Notes under the pieces: generated by a model
The model's database searches: none
What the model was told of the DNA's origin: nothing
The model's input: the letters and a program-made list of their open reading frames with translations, nothing else
Part shown: in pieces, positions 1 to 13,404 of the stretch
How positions within the stretch are numbered: the stretch's first letter is position 1
How the letters are laid out: every line of letters starts with the position of its first letter
Origin: Octopus bimaculoides
Lineage: Eukaryota
Direction: 5' to 3'
DNA length: 64,000 nucleotides
Assembly (NCBI RefSeq): GCF_001194135.2
Contig: NC_069000.1
Coordinates: forward strand, 21,968,045 to 22,032,044
Position numbers and translations under genes: made by a program

Positions 1-292
1 TATATATATGAACAGGTGCGCTGTGTGTCAGGTGTCGAAGTGATCACAGAGCGACATGAGATGAAGTGTTTTGCTCAAGAACACAATGCACCACCTGGTC
101 TAGGAATTGAAACCTCATTCTCAGGATCATGAGTGCAACACCCTAACCACTAGGCCATGCACCCTCACATGTGAGCTTGTGTGCAACATGAACATCTGAT
201 CCCTATAAACAAATCATTTGTGCAGGTTGCTTGGTAGAAGCTGAATGCTCATACAGCATCTTCGACGAGGGGTGGGGGGGTCATATATATAT

Positions 293-1150
293 GTGTGTGT
301 GGTCTGATCAGAAAGTATCCGGACTGTTGCCATAGTAACAAAGTTAAAGTATGCCAAGTGAATCAGCTTGGCACAGATTAACTTTGAACTCTGCTGTGCA
401 TGCACACTAAGTTTTAACGTTCTAGCTCACTTTCACTGTTTATAGCAGTGCTTGGGAGGAAGGTGTATGGTGTGTGATCATCACGTTGACCATGACAGAA
501 AGTTGAGAGGAGAATTTGCATCAAATTTTGCCAAAAGCTTGGCGATACCTGCTCAGAGGTCTATGCAAAGTTTTCAAAAAGCTTTCATTGTTCTTGACAC
601 AATCAAGGAGATCTTATGCAACTGAAAGTGTTTTCTTAGTGAGCTGAAAGCAGTTTTGGCACAAACTTGGCAGACATATGTCTCATACCCAAATCTTTGA
701 TGATAATGGACTGAACTGAACCATAACTGATCTGCAATAGTGATTCAATGATTTCCCCTCACAGCTGCATGCACATCTGCAATATTTTTCTCAGTTCTGC
801 TGGTCGTGGGTCTCCCAGAACATTTGTCAATATCGACATTTTTTGGCTATCTTGGAAATGTCTGAAACACTCATACACTTGTATGTGGCTCATACACTCC
901 TCCCCATACTCTTTCTGCAACTGAGCAGGTAACACCATGACAACTTTCTCTGTCACGGTCAATGTGATGATCACACACTATACACCTTCCTACCAAGCAC
1001 TGCTGTAAACAGTGGAAGTGGGCTAGAACATTCAAACTTAGTGCACAGGCACAGCAGAGTTCAAGGTCAATTTTTACCAAGTGGCTTTACTCTGTGCTTT
1101 AACTTCGTGACTATGGTAACAGTACAGATACTTATTGATCAACCCGCGTA
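293..1150. mobile_element. mariner-derived fold-back element (two 5' ends in inverted orientation)
   Basis: about 300-500 is a diverged reverse complement of about 940-1145; the minus strand encodes degenerate mariner N-terminus (LQKEYGEECMSHIQVYECF...DLGMRHMSAKFVPKLLS); right end aacccgcg-TA. Confidence 0.8.
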
Positions 1151-1170
1151 TATGAATGTATGTATGAATG

Positions 1171-1215
<45 letters not shown>

Positions 1216-1229
1216 NNNNNNNNNNNNNN

Positions 1230-1280
<51 letters not shown>

Positions 1281-2039
1281 TGTGTGGGCACTTTGGATAA
1301 TGTCTTGGATGCACTGTGCAAATAAAACCAGATGGTCATGACTGTAATATGGTCTGCTTTATCAGGACTGACCTAGAGCTGGAACCACAAGACAATATAT
1401 ATATAAATTTGCCAGTTTATTGTGTTTTCACAGCATAAAACTAATAGTAGCTCATATTTAAATACTGTTTATTTTAAATATTTATCTCTCACTGGATAGA
1501 GTACTTTTTTGTGACCCCCACACAAGTTGGGGTTGTGAAGGGAATTTAGCTCTGTTGCAAGCTAAGCAGCTATGTAGTCAGTGTTGTTTCATTTCTGTTC
1601 TTATTGTTGCTATATGATATTGTTGTTGTTTGACCCTTGGTCATTTCTGATTGAACAATCCTGCTATTTTAAGGATATCTATGCTCTATTTTCTAATATG
1701 TCCTTTCGTTTTAAAAACTGTTGAGAAGGGTTTCCCTAAATGAGCAGTACTGCTCCCTTGAGGGCGGTGGAAAGATCCAGGGGCATGTTAAAGAAAAGTG
1801 GGGTGATTATAGGGTGGCCTCACAAAATAATGGATTAATTTGGTTAAGTTTTATTTATGAAATACAACAGTTTTGAGTTTGCTTCAGAAAGTGGTCTATG
1901 TTTGTTGTGGTAAGTGGGGGGGATGCTAGGAATGTGTCCTGGGAACCAGGGGATGGTAGCTTGAAAAACTTTGGGAAGTACTGCTGTAGGGTGTGACTTC
2001 ATGAATTGGCTGCTATTTCCAGCAGATCTGGCGACCATA

Positions 2040-3060
2040 TAAAATCTTTGTTGGTTTATGTTGTTATTGTTGTTACTGTTGTTATTCTTCTCGCTGTCAT
2101 TGGTCTTATTACATTTTGTTGTTTTTGTGTTTGTTAATGGTTGCTTTTTTGTTTTTGTTTTTTTAGCTATTGTGTACTGTTTTTGTAGCCATTAATATTT
2201 ACTGTTTTGTGACCGTTCACTGTCTCAGAGGCTTTTACTGTTTGTTGTTGTTTGGGCCATTAATGTTTTTTATTTTCGTTTTTTATGGTAACTGATGTTT
2301 TCTGTTTTTGTGACTACTAATCTTTTTCTGTTTTTGTGGCTATGAATCTTTTCTGTTTTTGTGGCTATTTACTGTTTTAGGGGCTATTAGTGTTTTCTGT
2401 TTTTATAGCTATTAATGCTTGCTGTTTTTGTTGTGAATATTTGTTGTATTTATGGTTATTATTTGCTGTTAAGGGGTCGCTGTTGCCTGTTGTTTTGTGT
2501 CTATTTGTGTATTGCATCTGTATCGCTGTGTCACTATAATCTTCTGCTTGCTGTGACTTGGATGCTGTTTTTGTAACCACAATTTTTGTGATATAGTCTG
2601 CTGTTTTTGTGTCACAAATGTTTTTTTTTTTTTTTTTTCTGACTACTGTTCATTGATTTTCTTACTATTATTTACTATTTCGCTAATTATTGTTTACTGG
2701 TTTTGTGAATGTTTTCTCTGTCTTACTATTAATGTTTACTAATGTCTGCTTATCACCGCTATTGTTTCTGTTTGCTGCTATTGCAGCTATTAATGGCTCT
2801 TGGGGATGATGCACTTTCTATCACCATTTTAAGCTGCTTTTTCCTATTGTTGTTATTTATTACAGAGATCATTGTTATTATTGTTGTTGTTATTGTCGCA
2901 GCTACTGTTATAGGTGTTTGTTGTTATGGTGCAAATATTTGCTGTTATTCTTGTTACTGCAACGACTACTGCACTTAATGGTTGCTGTTGTTCTAAATGT
3001 TTGCTGCTGCTGCTATTGTTGATGATGCTGTTTACTGTTTCGCTGGTACTGCTGTTGCTG
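2040..3060. repeat. strand-asymmetric T/G-rich low-complexity tract with quasi-periodic ttttctgtttttgtggcta units
   Basis: composition and repeated motifs at about 2295-2440. Confidence 0.6.
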
Positions 3061-3774
3061 CAACAGACACTGGCTGCATAATTCAGCCCAGACAAAGCAA
3101 TCGACCCGTCACTTCTTCCCCAGAAGACAGATTTGGTTACCTGAAGCTGCGATACTGCACATGACGTAACATCATTGCAGAATGTTGCTGCAGTGTTCAT
3201 ACACACACACACACCCCCACACACACACACTCTGATACAGATAGGTACACACACAGACACACACACACACACACACATTTAAATAAATCAAAAACATCCA
3301 CACACTCGAATACAGACATACATTATAAACACCCGTTTAAATAGATATATCACAATCATTAAATGTGCACACACACAAATAGACACCTGTGCATGCGCAC
3401 GCACATGCACACTGATACATAGTCATATATTGCACATACTTAGATGAATACGAACATATACTGCACTTAATCATATACATATTTGCACAAATACAAACAT
3501 ACACACATAGTCAGAAATAAATATAATCACCCCCTCTCTCTCTCACTCATTTACTTTTTATCTCCCTCCCTCTCCTGCGCTCCACTTGCTCCTCCCCTCT
3601 CTCCATACATTAAATAGATTTTATTAAAATTTTAATACTTATTCTATTCTCTTAACACTGTTATCATACATTGATTCAAACTTATTTCTCTCTATTTCTT
3701 TTGTCTGTCTGTCTCTCTGATTCTCTAACCCTCTCTCTTCCGCACTCTCTCTCTCTCTCTCTCTCTCTCTCCCG

Positions 3775-3815
<41 letters not shown>

Positions 3816-3930
3816 TTTGTCTTTCACTAGATTTTCTTCGTAATTATAATATCATGATTGTTTCTCTCTCTCTCTCTCTCTCTNNNNNNNNNNNNNNNNN
3901 NNNNNNNNNNNNNNNNNNNNNNNNNNNNNN

Positions 3931-3969
<39 letters not shown>

Positions 3970-4191
3970 ATGTGTGTGTTTTCTGTGCACTCATACATAA
4001 AAACATTCTAAAATTGACTGCAAAAAAAACAAAAAAACACAATAGATTTAAGTAGAGTATATAATTATATTTTTTACAAGGAAAAGGTTGAAGCAACTTC
4101 ATAATTCCACTGTTGATTGGCATCCTCAGACTATCTCTGTATCTATCCATTCAACCATTTATCTATTTCTTTACTCCTCCCTCTCTCTCTC

Positions 4192-4222
<31 letters not shown>

Positions 4223-4983
4223 CTGCTCAGCTGTTTGTTTTTAACTCTTTCTCTCAATCTGCCGTTTACCGGTCATTATGAGTTTAGTATCAAACCATGT
4301 ATATATATATCAACTCATCTGTTTGCATTTAACTCTTTCTCTTTATCTACCATATGTTTGCCAGTCATTATGAATCTAGCTGTCCAACTATATATATATG
4401 TATGTATGTGTATATGTATGTATATACACACATACACACACACAGAAACACCTGTATATTAGTGTTGCCAGATGGCCGGCTGTCTTCTCTCTTTTTGTAT
4501 ATTACAGTGTTAAACAAACAATATCTCTCTCTCTCTCTCTCTTGTGTGTGTGTATGTATCTTCCCTCTCACCTCCCTACATCCCTATGTCTATCAATCTG
4601 TCTGATGTCCTCCTATATTAACCAGCCAGCTATTTTCAAATAAATTACTCTACAAGGTTAACTCTCTTCACCTTGTTACAGCTGGGATTGTGGTCTGGGG
4701 TGCCTGACTGTTGGTCAGGGAAGCGGGCAGGGGGTGGGGGACAGAAAGATGGAACATTCTCTTCTCCTGCACACACACACTCTCACACACATGCAATACA
4801 GGCATACACACAACACACTTATTACACAGCTCCAATCATATACAGAAAATTAAGAATTTTAATAGACAAGCAATACCTACATACACATACTGAAGGTATG
4901 CATAGAGCCACATATATATAAATAAACTTACTATGCACACTGAGTTAAGCTATATTCTTTATTTATTTGTATGTCTGTCTGTG

Positions 4984-5021
<38 letters not shown>

Positions 5022-6010
5022 AACCTTTTACCATTGGTTTACACTAAAGAAATTCTTCTGGTGTCTTCATATGCAAAAGTTGTGCAACACACATTCAGAC
5101 TATATTGCACATGCATACTTAACACGCACACACACACACACACACACAGACTTGTCAACAAATGTGAGAGACAAATACACATGTATTTAAACCATTTAGA
5201 CTAGTATATTTACACATTTAAATGCTTGCATGTATGTAGATATTCTCCACACAACATACACAAATGCAATGCAAGTCTTTTAAATATTCCGCTTGGATGC
5301 ACAGGTTCGGATCACTGGGAAAGTAGATGCACATGTTTGATGCACATTGTGCATATGTAATGTGCATTGTTTTCCATCCTGCATATATTATCTGTCTATA
5401 TATATATATATATTTACTATCGCTAGTGCTGCATTGATAATGTGCAGCTGGTGTTTGGTGACAGAGATATTTTCTCTTGTGCATCCCATATGATTGGTGC
5501 AGCCTTCTGCATTCCTTCTTTCCTTCCTGTGTTGCACCCTGAAATTGTCCCTGCTGTAATGCAATATCATGCAAATCAGGGTGTATTCCATTGGTTCAAA
5601 CAGTTGACATCTCGCATTTGTATTGTCTTCTTGGTCATATTCTGGGGAGAGAGAGAGGGGAGAAGAGAAGAGAAGGAAAACAACAACATCCACCCATTCA
5701 CCTTCCCCACCAAAAATAACAACTGATTTTGCCGTCCTCTCACCCGATCATTCCATTAAACATTTTACTTAAGTTAAAGGAAGGCTTGCAAGGAATAAAT
5801 GTTACACCCAGAAACATTAGACAAGAAGAAGAATTACTATTGCTTCAACAACTATTTCTAATATAGACACAAGCCCGGCAATTTTGAGGGCAGGGGTTGA
5901 TTTCATTGACCCCACTTACTAAACTGGTACTTTATTTTTGCAACCACAGAAGGATAAAGGCAAACTTGATCTCAGCAGGATTTGAATTCAGAATGTAATA
6001 ATTAATAAGT

Positions 6011-6178
6011 GCAGGAGTGGCTGTGTGGTAAGTAGATTGCTTACCAACCACATGGTTCCGGGTTCAGTCCCACTGCGTGGCACCTTGGGCAAGTGTCTTC
6101 TACTATAGCGTCGGGCCGACCAAAGCCTTGTGAGTGGATTTGGTAGACGGAAACTGAAAGAAGCCCGTCGTATATATG

Positions 6179-6225
<47 letters not shown>

Positions 6226-6410
6226 CTGTGTTTGTCCCCCCAACATCGCTTGACAACCGATGTTGGTGTGTTTACGTCCCCGTAACTTAGCGATAGAATA
6301 AGTACTAGGCTTACAAAGAATAAGTCTTGGGGTCGATTTTCTCAACTAAAGGCGGTGCTCCAGCATGGCCGCAGTCAAATGACTAAAACAAGTAAAAGAG
6401 TAAAAGAGTA
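6011..6410 (+). mobile_element. abundant tRNA-derived SINE (head H1 + internal (TA)n(TG)n + tail T1)
   Basis: head ggctgtgtggtaag...ggttcagtcc, core caccttgggcaagtgtcttc, end aagtaaaagagtaaaagag; further copies near 12897-13314(-), 21683-22130(+), 30820-31160(-), 32430-32810(+), 41470-41900(+), 47240-47530(+) and 58990-59230(-). Confidence 0.88.
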
Positions 6411-6700
6411 ACTCTGGCACAAGTTGTTTTTCTTCCTTTTTTGTCTTTTTTCTGTGGTGTGGTGGGTTGATATATTCAGTTATATCAAACACAAAACTTG
6501 ACCAGTATTTCATTTTAGTAACTGTTGGAAGGATAAAAACCTGAGTTGACTCTGCTGGAATTTGAACTTACCATATAAAAAGAAGTAGCTAAAAATTACT
6601 AACCATTTTGTTTAGTGCTCTGCTGATTCTGGCATCCACTGTATTTATTCATAATAATGAGAATATTATTCTTAAATTAATAATAATAATAATGATAATC

Positions 6701-7297
6701 TTTTCTACTAAAGGCACAAGGCCTGAAATTTTGCAGGAGAAGACTAGTCAATTACATTGACCTTAGTGTGTAAATGGTACTTATTTCATCAACCCCGAAA
6801 GGATGAAAGGCAAAATCAACCTTGGAGGAATTTGAACTCAGAACATAATAATGGGTGAAATACCGCTAAGCATTTCGCCCAGCGTGCTAACAATTCTGCC
6901 AGCTCACCGCCTTCATAATAATAATACTAATGATGATTTCAAATTTTGAGACAAGGCCAGCAAGTTTGTGGGAGTGGATAAGTCGATTACATTGACCCCA
7001 GTGCTCAACTGGCGCTTGTTTTATCAACCCCAAAAAGATGAAAGGCAAAGACCTTGGCAGAATTTGAGCCCAAGACGTAAAGCTGCTAAACAGTTTGCCT
7101 GGTGTGCTAACGATTCTACCAGCTTGCCTCAATAATAATGATAATAATAATAATGGTTTCAAATTTTGCCGCAAGGGCAGCCATTTGGGGTGGGGGAATG
7201 TGTCGATTAACATTGACTCTCAGTATATAACTGGTACTTAATTCATCAATCCTGAAAGGATGAAAGGGAAAGTTGACCTTGGCAGAATTTGAATTCA
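6701..7297 (-). mobile_element. head-to-tail array of three Nin/Deu-domain-like tRNA SINEs
   Basis: sense strand: GAGCTGGCAGAA (A box)...GAGTTCAAATTCC (B box)...TTTGCCTTTCATCCTTTCGGGGTTGATGAAATAAGTACC; copies separated by (ATT)n; other arrays at 26640-27287, 53305-53945, 60010-60430 and 61810-62222. Confidence 0.85.
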
Positions 7298-7889
7298 AAT
7301 AATAATGATAATGATAATAATACAGTGGGATTCACGTTTTTATAAATTTTCTTATTTCTTGTTCCATTATGTTAAAGATTTTGATTATGTCTTTGGTTTC
7401 ATTTTTCATAGTTAAGGTTGTTGTTTAAGCTGGTCATATCTGGCCCAAAAATTCTTCCTGTTTTATGTTTAAACTGGCCAGATGTGGCTTTTCACACCTA
7501 CCCTACAATATCATTAAAAAAAAAAACTAAATAATCATAGCATCGAAATATCAAAAGCTATGAGACAATGCATTATTAATTCGAATCAAGGTAAATGAAT
7601 AAACATCAAATTTGACAGAGTACTCGGAATGCTAAAAAAAAAAAACAGGTTAAAGTGTAACACTCAGATACATGAGTTGGGCAGTAGGGAACAAGTAGAA
7701 TAGGGCTACAGGTAATGATGATAATGAGTTCTCACATTTGGATAAGGTCCTGTGTTGAAGGAGTCAAAGAAATTAATGCTTGAGTATTACTGGTACTTAT
7801 TCGATTCTTCCCTCCCTTATAGTAAGAAATATACATTTAACCCTGGCAAGGTTTTTCACTCAGAATGTAAGGAACTTGGTTAAGTATGG

Positions 7890-8034
7890 TTGATCTGATA
7901 TTCTTCCAGTTGATCTGATATTCTTCCAGTTTGTCTGGTATTCTTCCATTTCATCTGGTATTCTACCATTTAATATGGTATCCTACCATTTTGTCTGGTA
8001 TTCCATTATTTGCTCTGGCATTCTTCCATCTGGT
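7890..8034 (+). repeat. degenerate 20-bp minisatellite (ttgatctgatattcttccag-like), about 7 units
   Basis: two identical units, then diverging copies. Confidence 0.75.
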
Positions 8035-8508
8035 AATCATGAAAATAATGGCAAGTTCTTATATCCTCATGAAGTCACAAATTATGAAAGATGAATATGG
8101 TTGATATTTATCACCCCACCCACTCCATGACTTATAATGTATTTTATCAACCCTAGAAGGAGTAAGTACAAAGCTTATTAAAGTGTTTAGTTCAGTTGTT
8201 GCTACCAGTGGGTCTCAAAGAATGGCAAAGCAATTCCAGGATAACTTTATGGTTTGGTGGGGAAGGCTGATCAGGATTTGAATGTCTGTGCAGACTTCAT
8301 CAATCACATACTGTTGCATATCTTGTTAGCACTCAAGGCTTGCTCCAACTGTGACTACAGCTAAAGAACGAAGTCAGTGTCAACGTCTTTAGGCTGTGAC
8401 CCTTTTGCACTGTACCACCATCACGTAGTCAGCCATGTAGTGGATGAACCTCACCTGCTTTCTTGTCACACCGTCGGTGTTAAATACTATGTACACTCTC
8501 TCCTATGC

Positions 8509-8892
8509 GTGGAGGCGCAATGGCCCAGTGGTTAGGGCAGCGGACTCGCGGTCGTAGGATCGCGGTTTCAATTCCCAGACCGGGCGTTGTGAGTGTTTAT
8601 TGAGCGAAAACACCTAAAGCTCCACAAGGCTCCGGCAGGGGATGGTGGCGAACCCTGCTGTACTCTTTCACCACAACTTTCTCTCACTCTTACTTCCTGT
8701 TTCTGTTGTACCTGTAATTCAAAGGGTCAGCCTTGTCACACTGTGTCATACTGAATCTCTCTGAAAACTATGTTAATGGCGCACATGTCTGTGGAGTGCT
8801 CAGCCACTTGCACATTAATTTCAGGAGCAGGCTGTTCCGTTGATCGGATCAACTGGAACCCTCGACGTCGTAAGCGACAGAGTGCCAGCCCC
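8509..8892 (+). mobile_element. full-length tRNA-derived SINE with 13-bp TSD
   Basis: A box TGGCCCAGTGG, B box GGTTTCAATTCC; TSD ctctctcctatgc at 8496-8508 and 8893-8905. Confidence 0.9.
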
Positions 8893-9369
8893 CTCTCTCC
8901 TATGCTCTACCTTTCTCAAGTGAGTGTACACCCAACCTACACATCAATCAGGGCTCTCCCTAATTCCTCTTTCTTTAGCATATGAACGCCCATCCATTTT
9001 TTTGAAAGAAAAAAAACAGAAAGAAAAACAGGAATTATGTCACTTTTCTTTTTACCTTTTCTTTATTATATTCCTCATGCAAGGTGACACNNNNNNNNNN
9101 NNNNNNNNNNNNNNNNNNNNNNNNNNNNNNNNNNNNNNNNNNNNNNNNNNNNNNNNNNNNNNNNNNNNNNNNNNNNNNNNNNNNNNNNNNNNNNNNNNNN
9201 NNNNNNNNNNNNNNNNNNNNNNNNNNNNNNNNNNNNNNNNNNNNNNNNNNNNNNNNNNNNNNNNNNNNNNNNNNNNNNNNNNNNNNNNNNNNNNNNNNNN
9301 NNNNNNNNNNNNNNNNNNNNNNNNNNNNNNNNNNNNNNNNNNNNNNNNNNNNNNNNNNNNNNNNNNNNN

Positions 9370-9428
<59 letters not shown>

Positions 9429-9735
9429 CAGCTAATTGGGTGGGCGTTTAGAGTTTCCATAGGTCTTAGTGAGTGAAAAGAGTTTTAACAAATAAAAAAT
9501 TTATATTGTGTAACCCTAGAAGAAGCCACCTTCAAAGAGAATCTCTGTAAAGATGTGCATGTACAGCATACAGCAACAATGATAATACTTTCACTTATTT
9601 CTCATTAAAAAAAATCAACAAAAAACTTATGGGTTTATGGGAAATGTATAAACATAGTTATATAAAGGCATGGGATGGTGCAGAAACATTATACAATACA
9701 TAAGAACATAAAAAAATTTATGAATGAATGTAAAT

Positions 9736-9775
<40 letters not shown>

Positions 9776-9994
9776 ATATGCAAGTACAACAAATAAGGGC
9801 AACCCAACTTGACACAGATGAAAAGCCACCCCAGATGATAATAATACTATCCAAAATACTAGGTTTATTTGCTGCCCACTGATATCGTGGAAGTGCAAAT
9901 ATTCCATTGTTGTGTGATTATCTATTGCACTGTTTAGAATTGATGCATATACGCAACATTGTTGATACCTCTCTTTCAACTTCATGCTGTTGTT

Positions 9995-10572
9995 ATGACA
10001 CTAAACTCTAAATACTTTGCAATGTTTGTTTTTGAAAGTAGTGGTTTTCTGATTGCAGCCCTCCCGTGAAATCCGGCTTTGTGCAGCTCCCAGCAAACAG
10101 TTTTTGTGGAAACTGGGTTCTCAAAGTGGTCATTAAGCTCTGCAATAATTTTGGTAGCTGTACTTATGAGATCCTTTCTAACAATTTGTGTAAGAGTCGA
10201 ACAGTCCCGATCTGAAAGTTTTGGTTTTCTTCCGGAGTTTTGTTTCGATGAGGAGTTTTTTCCCTCTTTCTCAAAGGCTGTCATTACTTTCAAGACAGTA
10301 CTTCTTGATACACCAAACATTTCAGCTGTTTTCATTATGCTAGCGCCTGCCATACGAGCACCAACAAATTAACCTCTTTGAAAGTCCGATAGATCTGTCA
10401 TTTTAATGAATTTTAATTACCTTTTTCTGATGATACCTGCAATTTTAGCAAAAGATATTAAGCAACACTAATAATAAGTCAAAATACCTAAAAATAAACA
10501 AGCTTTTGACAGTTTTATAGATATTTCCAAATTATGATGCTATGATGCTTCCATTATTTTGTCCAACTACTG
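9995..10572 (-). mobile_element. Tc1-like transposon, 5' part (truncated)
   Basis: ORF 9982-10353 (MAGASIMKTAEMFGVSRSTV...SGRKPKLSDRD...LHKAGFHGRAAIRKPLLS) resembles the Tc1 DNA-binding region; TIR TA-CAGTAGTTGGACAAAATAATGG at 10572. Confidence 0.85.
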
Positions 10573-11286
10573 TATATACATACATATATTTATATATAAA
10601 ACAAAGTTATTATTATTTACTCCAATAAAGGAAAATATGTTATGACTATACCTTGTCTTGTGTATATATGTGTGTGTGTGTGTGTATATACATACACACA
10701 CACACACACAAACAGATAGTAGCTACTTATGATGAGTGCTCAGGATGGCTTCATGCCTAAACTCCAATTCAAATGCAGCTTAAAATGGAGGGATATTATA
10801 GCTGCCTAAATGATGGGGACTGGCCGTCAGCAATGTATCATTCAAGCTGGGACATGTATAATAATATAAAAGGATAGACAGGGATCAACAGGTACTGGTT
10901 CAGAATATGACATTTATACAACGCATAGGGAGAAACAAATGCTTTAAGGAATTTAAATCACAACCGATCAGTACAAGTTCCATTCAAGAATTTTCATAAT
11001 GGTTGCAATATATGCTGGTATGCTCTTGGAATAGTTGAAAGGTAAGTCCCATCACTAAAGTGCTAGTTGCAGACAGCTTGCAGGGAACTGCACCAACTAT
11101 GCATCTATTCTTGAAACAGCTGTAAGGAACAATCTGCATTCCTTCTTTCTTCTCTTTCAGTTTTAAGATTTTACCTGTGTTGACCTACTTTTATCTACTG
11201 TGTATTATCAATACCATAGAATTATGTGATATACCTGTGCACAATACTTAAATGATTACATGTATGTTTAAAAAAAAATAATGTAA

Positions 11287-11484
<198 letters not shown>

Positions 11485-12702
11485 GAGAATTGATATATGC
11501 ATGAACACACTGACAGACACATACACGTAACATGCATCTATAAATTCACCCTATATATATCCCCCCCCCACACACACACACACAAATGACTTGACATGCC
11601 CAAAATTTCATGTCAAGGCACTTATTGATCACAAACCATTATCTCTTTGAATTACACCTATACACATTCTCAGGAATCACACACTCACTCACACACACAC
11701 ACACTACACACACTACACACACACACACATTAGAAGTGCACACTTTTAAATACACATACATGCCTCTCTACATAACCATATAATTCATAAGCTCATAACA
11801 TTAACACAGAAAATGTCTTAAAATAAATACATACAATAAACACTACATGCTTTAAACATATATACCATAAACATGGTATTTATATTTTCAACATAACATA
11901 TACATAGCATACAGATGCCTTAAACACAACCTATATACATACCACAAACACATACAGATGCCTTAAACACACCATATACACATCATAAATATCAAAAATT
12001 TCTATTTTTCCAATCTATGTAAGATTTGTTTTTTAAATAAAGATCACTGCCACTTTTGAAATTCCTTTGTAAATTGACTTCTGTTTTGTTTATTCTTCCA
12101 AATTCAGTCCCACTGCATGGCACCTTGGGCAACCAAAGCCTTGTGAGGAGAAACTGAAAGAAGTTTGTTGTTTTAATTTTTATGTGTGTGTGTCTTTGTG
12201 TTTTTGTTTGTCTCCAACTCTACTTGACAACTGGTGTTGGTTTGTTTACATCCTTACAACTCAGTGATAGAATAGGTACCAGGCTTAAAAAGGAAAATAA
12301 GTACAGGAGTTGACTTGTTCGACAAAAACCTTTCAGGGTAGAACCCTAAGCATGGCTGCTGTTCCATAACAAACAAGTAAAAGATAAAATATATATACTT
12401 GATGAATATGTTTAAGTGTCTGAGAGAACATGCGTGTGAAGGGTCAATACATTTGATTAAAAATTGTAAATGAATGCTACTGGTGTTATTCATTTTCAAT
12501 CTTCTATGAAAACATGTCAAGCTGTTGGAAAATATTACCTGGCTTTGAAACAGATGAGGATTGATGAGACGAAGGGCAACCAGGCATAGAAATCTGCCTC
12601 AATGAATTTCATACAATCCTTACAGGCATGGAAAAGTGACTGCTATGATGATGATGATGTTATAAGAATGTGGATGTACATTTGTATGTGTATGTATATA
12701 TA

Positions 12703-12736
<34 letters not shown>

Positions 12737-13114
12737 GCTAGAACTAAGAGTTTGCACCTCTAAGGGTTATTTCTAACTCTTATTTCTTGCAATGTAGGTG
12801 CTACCCTGCACAGTCACTCAAAATTTGTGACAACTGAATTTTTTTCTTTTTGGTTTTATATTGCATATAGCTACCTTTGTTATTTTATATACATATACTC
12901 TTTTACTTGTTTCAGTCATTTGACTGTGGCCATGCTGGAGCACCGCCTTTAGCCGAGCAAATAAACCCCAGGACTTATTCTTTGGAAGCCTAGTACTTAT
13001 TTTATCGGTCTCTTTTTGCCGAACCGCTAAGTTACGGGGATGTAAACACACCAGCATCGGTTGTCAAGCGATGTTGGGGGGACAAACACAGACACACAAA
13101 CATATACACACACT

Positions 13115-13159
<45 letters not shown>

Positions 13160-13330
13160 CAGGCTTCTTTCAGTTTCCGTCTACCAAATCCACTCTCAAG
13201 GCTTTGGTCGGCCCGAGGCTATAGTAGAAGACACTTGTCCAAGGTGTCACGCAGTGAGACTGAACCCAGAACTATGTGGTTGGTAAGCAATCTACTTACC
13301 ACACAGCCACTCCTTTAAATTTTTGTTTGT

Positions 13331-13404
<74 letters not shown>

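Noticed and set aside
1871-1909. Plus-strand mini-exon (cag...gtaagt)
   Set aside because: Weak acceptor, no similarity to POLR2H, and no other support.
8509-8585. tRNA-Arg-like gene
   Set aside because: No proper acceptor stem; it continues into a SINE body bounded by a TSD.
9070-9090. caaggtgacac before a gap as a possible POLR2H EGD exon
   Set aside because: No upstream YVMYGKVY match and no acceptor; cannot be supported.
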